Assembly: GCA_044224215.1 (NCBI GenBank) | Contig: JBGAKX010000005.1 | Coordinates: 7,350 to 71,349 of the forward strand | Direction of reading: 5' to 3' | From: Blastocatellia bacterium | GTDB taxonomy: Bacteria; Acidobacteriota; Blastocatellia; UBA7656; JADIYM01 | DNA length: 64,000 nt | Shown here: piece by piece, positions 61,428 to 64,000 of the stretch | Layout of the letters: each line of letters starts with the position of its first letter | Position numbering within the stretch: the first letter of the stretch is position 1 | The notes under the pieces: model-generated | Database searches by the model: none | What the model was told of the DNA's origin: nothing | What the model saw: only the letters and a program-made list of their open reading frames with translations | Program-made: the position numbers and the translations under genes

Positions 61428-64000
61428 TTACCGTCCGTCGGGCGGCGGAGGTGCAACGATCTTCTTTGGAGGATTCTTCCTGAGCTCCTCCATCAGGATC
61501 GTCACGGCGCGCTCGAGCGTCGGGTCCTGGCCCTTGGCCACCAGGTCAGGTCTGTCGACGACTTCGATGTCGGGCGACACGCCCTCGTTCTCGACGGCCC
61601 ACTTGCCGTCGGTGTCGAGGAACCGGAATCGCGGAGCGCTGATGTTGCCGCCGTCGACAACGCTCGGATTTCCGGAGATGCCGATCAGCCCGCCCCACGT
61701 GCGCGTTCCGATCAGCGGTCCAAGCCCGCGCTTCCGGAAGTAATACGGGAACGCGTCTCCGCCGGAGCTCGAATATCCATTGATCAGCGTCACCTTGGGA
61801 CCATTGTTCGTATAGTTCGGAATCGTGTTCAGCTCGAGCCCGCGCTGTGACCAGTAGTTCAGAAGGGGCCGGTCGAGAAGCTCGATCATCCGATCCGGGA
61901 TGAATCCGCCGCCGTTGTAGCGGTCGTCGATGATCAGCGCCTCCTTCTGAGCCTGCTGATAGAAGCCCTTGAAGAGCTCGCGATTCCCTTCGTTCGCCGT
62001 GTTCGGCAGGTGGATGTAACCGATGCGACCGCCAGACGCCTTCTCGACATAGGCGCGCCGCGACTGCACCCAGTCCAGGTACCGCAGGTTCGTCTCCTTG
62101 CGGATCGGTCGCACCATCTCGTCGTGCGCCCCTGCCGTCTCGGGTCGTGAGTTCAGGGTCAGCGTCACGATCTCGCCCGCGCGGTTCTCCATCAGCTCGT
62201 AGAAGTTCTTCACTCCCTTTGTGGAACGGCCGTTCACGGCGAGTATGAACTCGCCCTCGGACGCCTTGATCCCGGGCTCTGTCAGCGGCGACCGGAAGTC
62301 GTCCGACCAGTTTTCGCCGGGAAAGATCTTCGCGATCTTGAAGTAGCCCGACGGGTCGGCCACGATGTCGGCCCCCAGCAGGCCGGTGTCGACACGCTCG
62401 ACCGATTCGGAATCGCCCGGCGTCACGTATGCGTGGCCCGTGTTGAGCTCACCGGCAATTTCGCCAAACACGTAGTCGAGGTCGGACCTCGTTGCGACGA
62501 AGGGTATGAGCGGCTGGTACTTCGCGCGGACTCCGTTCCAATCGATCATGTCCATCCCCGGGTCGTAGAACCAGTCACGCAGGATCCTCCAGACGTCGAC
62601 GTACTCCTGCTGCCATTCCTGGCGCGGATCGATCTTGAGGTTCATCTTGTCGAGCGCCAACTGGCCGTCGCCTGCCTTCTGGCCGGACCGCACACCGATG
62701 ATCCCGTAGTTGCCCTGGCTCTGATACAGGACCTGTTTGCCGTCGGCCGACAGCGCGTATCCGGTGACGCCGTCGAGAATCGTCTGCTTCTCCTTGGCCT
62801 CGACGTTGTAGAACTCGAGCTTCGAGCCGGGACCCTGCCCTGTGATGTAGAGCACGCCGTCCGGTGTGGCGGCAAGACCGCCGTAGTTCCCGGGCGCGCC
62901 CGGTATGGCCCGCACGCGCCGGTCGAATCCGTCGACGTCGATCTTCACGACGGGAGCCGCCGTAGCGGCGGCCTGGGCGCCCTCAGCGGGTTTTGGCGGC
63001 TCGGGTGCGGGTGTCGCGGTAGCCGCCGGCTTCTCCTCCTTGGGCTTCTCCTCGTCGCTCTTTGGCAGGAACAGCGCCGGACCGTCCTTTGAGAGCACCG
63101 CCACGTAGACACGCGTCGGGTTCGTGTACACGTAGTTGAATTCAAAGCTGCTGAACGTGAGGTTGAAGTCGCGGTTCGAGACGAAGTACAGGTACCGGCC
63201 CTTCGGGTCGAACGCCGGGCTGTCGTCGTTCGTCATGCCCGTCGACAGCTGATAGTTCTTGCCATCCGTGAGGTTGTGCACCCAGATCGTCGAGTACTGC
63301 GTCTCGGCGTTCTTGGTGTACGCAATCCACTTGCTGTCCGGAGCCCACGTGTAGGTTCCGATGTCGTTGGTCGTGCTGTGGTCCACGTCGACGATCTTGC
63401 CCGTATCGATGTCGATGTACCGCAGACGCTGGTTCTTGTCGCCCCACGCGAGCTTCTTCGAATCCGGCGACCAGATGGCCGGGAACATCCAGATGTTCAG
63501 CCCGTTCGTCAGCCGGCGCTCCTCGCCCGTACCATCCTGGCGACGCAGATACAACTCGTACTCGCCCGTCCGGTCGCTCTGATATGCGATCCACTTCCCG
63601 TCGGGAGACCATGCGGCCGCAAGCTCGCGGATACCGGGCGTATTGGTGAGGTTGCGGATCTCGCCTTCCTTTGCGGGCACGGTGAAGATGTCGCCGCGCG
63701 CCGCGAACACCGCACGCGCGCCCGTCGGCGAGATGTCGAACGAGTCGATGTTGTCCTTGACGTTCTTGAAGTACGGGATCGTGTGCGGGAAGTCGCCCGT
63801 GACCACGATCGGCACGCGCTCGTCACGACCGCTCGCGACGTCATAGCGGTAGATGTAACCGCCGCACTCGTACACCACGGAATTGGGACCGGCACTCGGC
63901 CACAGCACGTCGAAGTCGGCGTGCGTCGTGACCTTCTTCAGCTGTTTGGTCTTGGTGTCGTAGGCAAACAGGTTGTAGAGCTTCTCGCGATCCGACGCGA
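61428..64000 (-). CDS. Tricorn protease homologue (beta-propellers, PDZ, S41-type peptidase domain); N-terminus lies beyond the window end
   Basis: PD40/WD40-like propeller repeats, a PDZ domain and a C-terminal S41 protease core (GGGFIPDRMIELL, GTRTWGGLIGIS). Tricorn is over 1000 aa, and the frame stays open to coordinate 64000. Confidence 0.8.
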   Translation of the reverse strand, partial: ASDREKLYNLFAYDTKTKQLKKVTTHADFDVLWPSAGPNSVVYECGGYIYRYDVASGRDERVPIVVTGDFPHTIPYFKNVKDNIDSFDISPTGARAVFAARGDIFTVPAKEGEIRNLTNTPGIRELAAAWSPDGKWIAYQSDRTGEYELYLRRQDGTGEERRLTNGLNIWMFPAIWSPDSKKLAWGDKNQRLRYIDIDTGKIVDVDHSTTNDIGTYTWAPDSKWIAYTKNAETQYSTIWVHNLTDGKNYQLSTGMTNDDSPAFDPKGRYLYFVSNRDFNLTFSSFEFNYVYTNPTRVYVAVLSKDGPALFLPKSDEEKPKEEKPAATATPAPEPPKPAEGAQAAATAAPVVKIDVDGFDRRVRAIPGAPGNYGGLAATPDGVLYITGQGPGSKLEFYNVEAKEKQTILDGVTGYALSADGKQVLYQSQGNYGIIGVRSGQKAGDGQLALDKMNLKIDPRQEWQQEYVDVWRILRDWFYDPGMDMIDWNGVRAKYQPLIPFVATRSDLDYVFGEIAGELNTGHAYVTPGDSESVERVDTGLLGADIVADPSGYFKIAKIFPGENWSDDFRSPLTEPGIKASEGEFILAVNGRSTKGVKNFYELMENRAGEIVTLTLNSRPETAGAHDEMVRPIRKETNLRYLDWVQSRRAYVEKASGGRIGYIHLPNTANEGNRELFKGFYQQAQKEALIIDDRYNGGGFIPDRMIELLDRPLLNYWSQRGLELNTIPNYTNNGPKVTLINGYSSSGGDAFPYYFRKRGLGPLIGTRTWGGLIGISGNPSVVDGGNISAPRFRFLDTDGKWAVENEGVSPDIEVVDRPDLVAKGQDPTLERAVTILMEELRKNPPKKIVAPPPPDGR

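Overview
High-GC (about 65-70 %) bacterial chromosomal segment, densely coding on both strands, with no transposase, integrase or CRISPR array. Several features would fit a Gemmatimonadetes/Acidobacteria-like organism, but this cannot be proven from sequence alone: a tricorn protease, an M61 peptidase, a propeller-type hybrid histidine kinase, prokaryotic sucrose synthase and many multiheme cytochromes. Housekeeping genes present are citrate synthase, L-aspartate oxidase and the RNase P RNA (rnpB, minus strand, missed by the ORF track). Several accessory modules surround them. (1) The 5' end has an FtsX permease / AttH-like pair and an FAD monooxygenase. (2) Two adjacent hybrid histidine kinases share an unassigned C-terminal domain, one of them a 1337-aa periplasmic beta-propeller sensor. 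(3) There is a MgtC/DUF4010 protein, an M61-PDZ peptidase, and a run of DUF4139 / DUF389 / RsbW-like proteins followed by a ClC channel. (4) A di-heme peroxidase-like protein sits next to a sigma-54 NtrC/NtrB-like pair, followed by an NhaP antiporter. (5) A sucrose-synthesis pair (SPS/SPP fusion plus sucrose synthase) lies divergent from a sugar ABC importer that has no ATPase gene. (6) The most unusual part is a contiguous electron-transfer supercluster of about 17 kb (44.1-61.4 kb) on the plus strand. In gene order it encodes a secreted tandem GlcG/HbpS-like protein, a 13-heme, a 9-heme and a 4-heme cytochrome c, dedicated ResB/CcsA cytochrome maturation genes, and a TPR protein. These are followed by a protein fusing two cyclic-nucleotide-binding domains to a four-cluster ferredoxin and a C-terminal membrane domain, an FHA-domain-anchored 7-heme cytochrome, and a membrane-anchored ferredoxin-FAD oxidoreductase. 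A Tat-exported dienelactone hydrolase closes the cluster, which ends at a perfect 17-bp bidirectional terminator. This looks like a signal-gated (cNMP, phospho-threonine) transmembrane electron conduit of a kind I do not recognise as described. Many long antisense ORFs in the track are GC-driven artefacts and were rejected.
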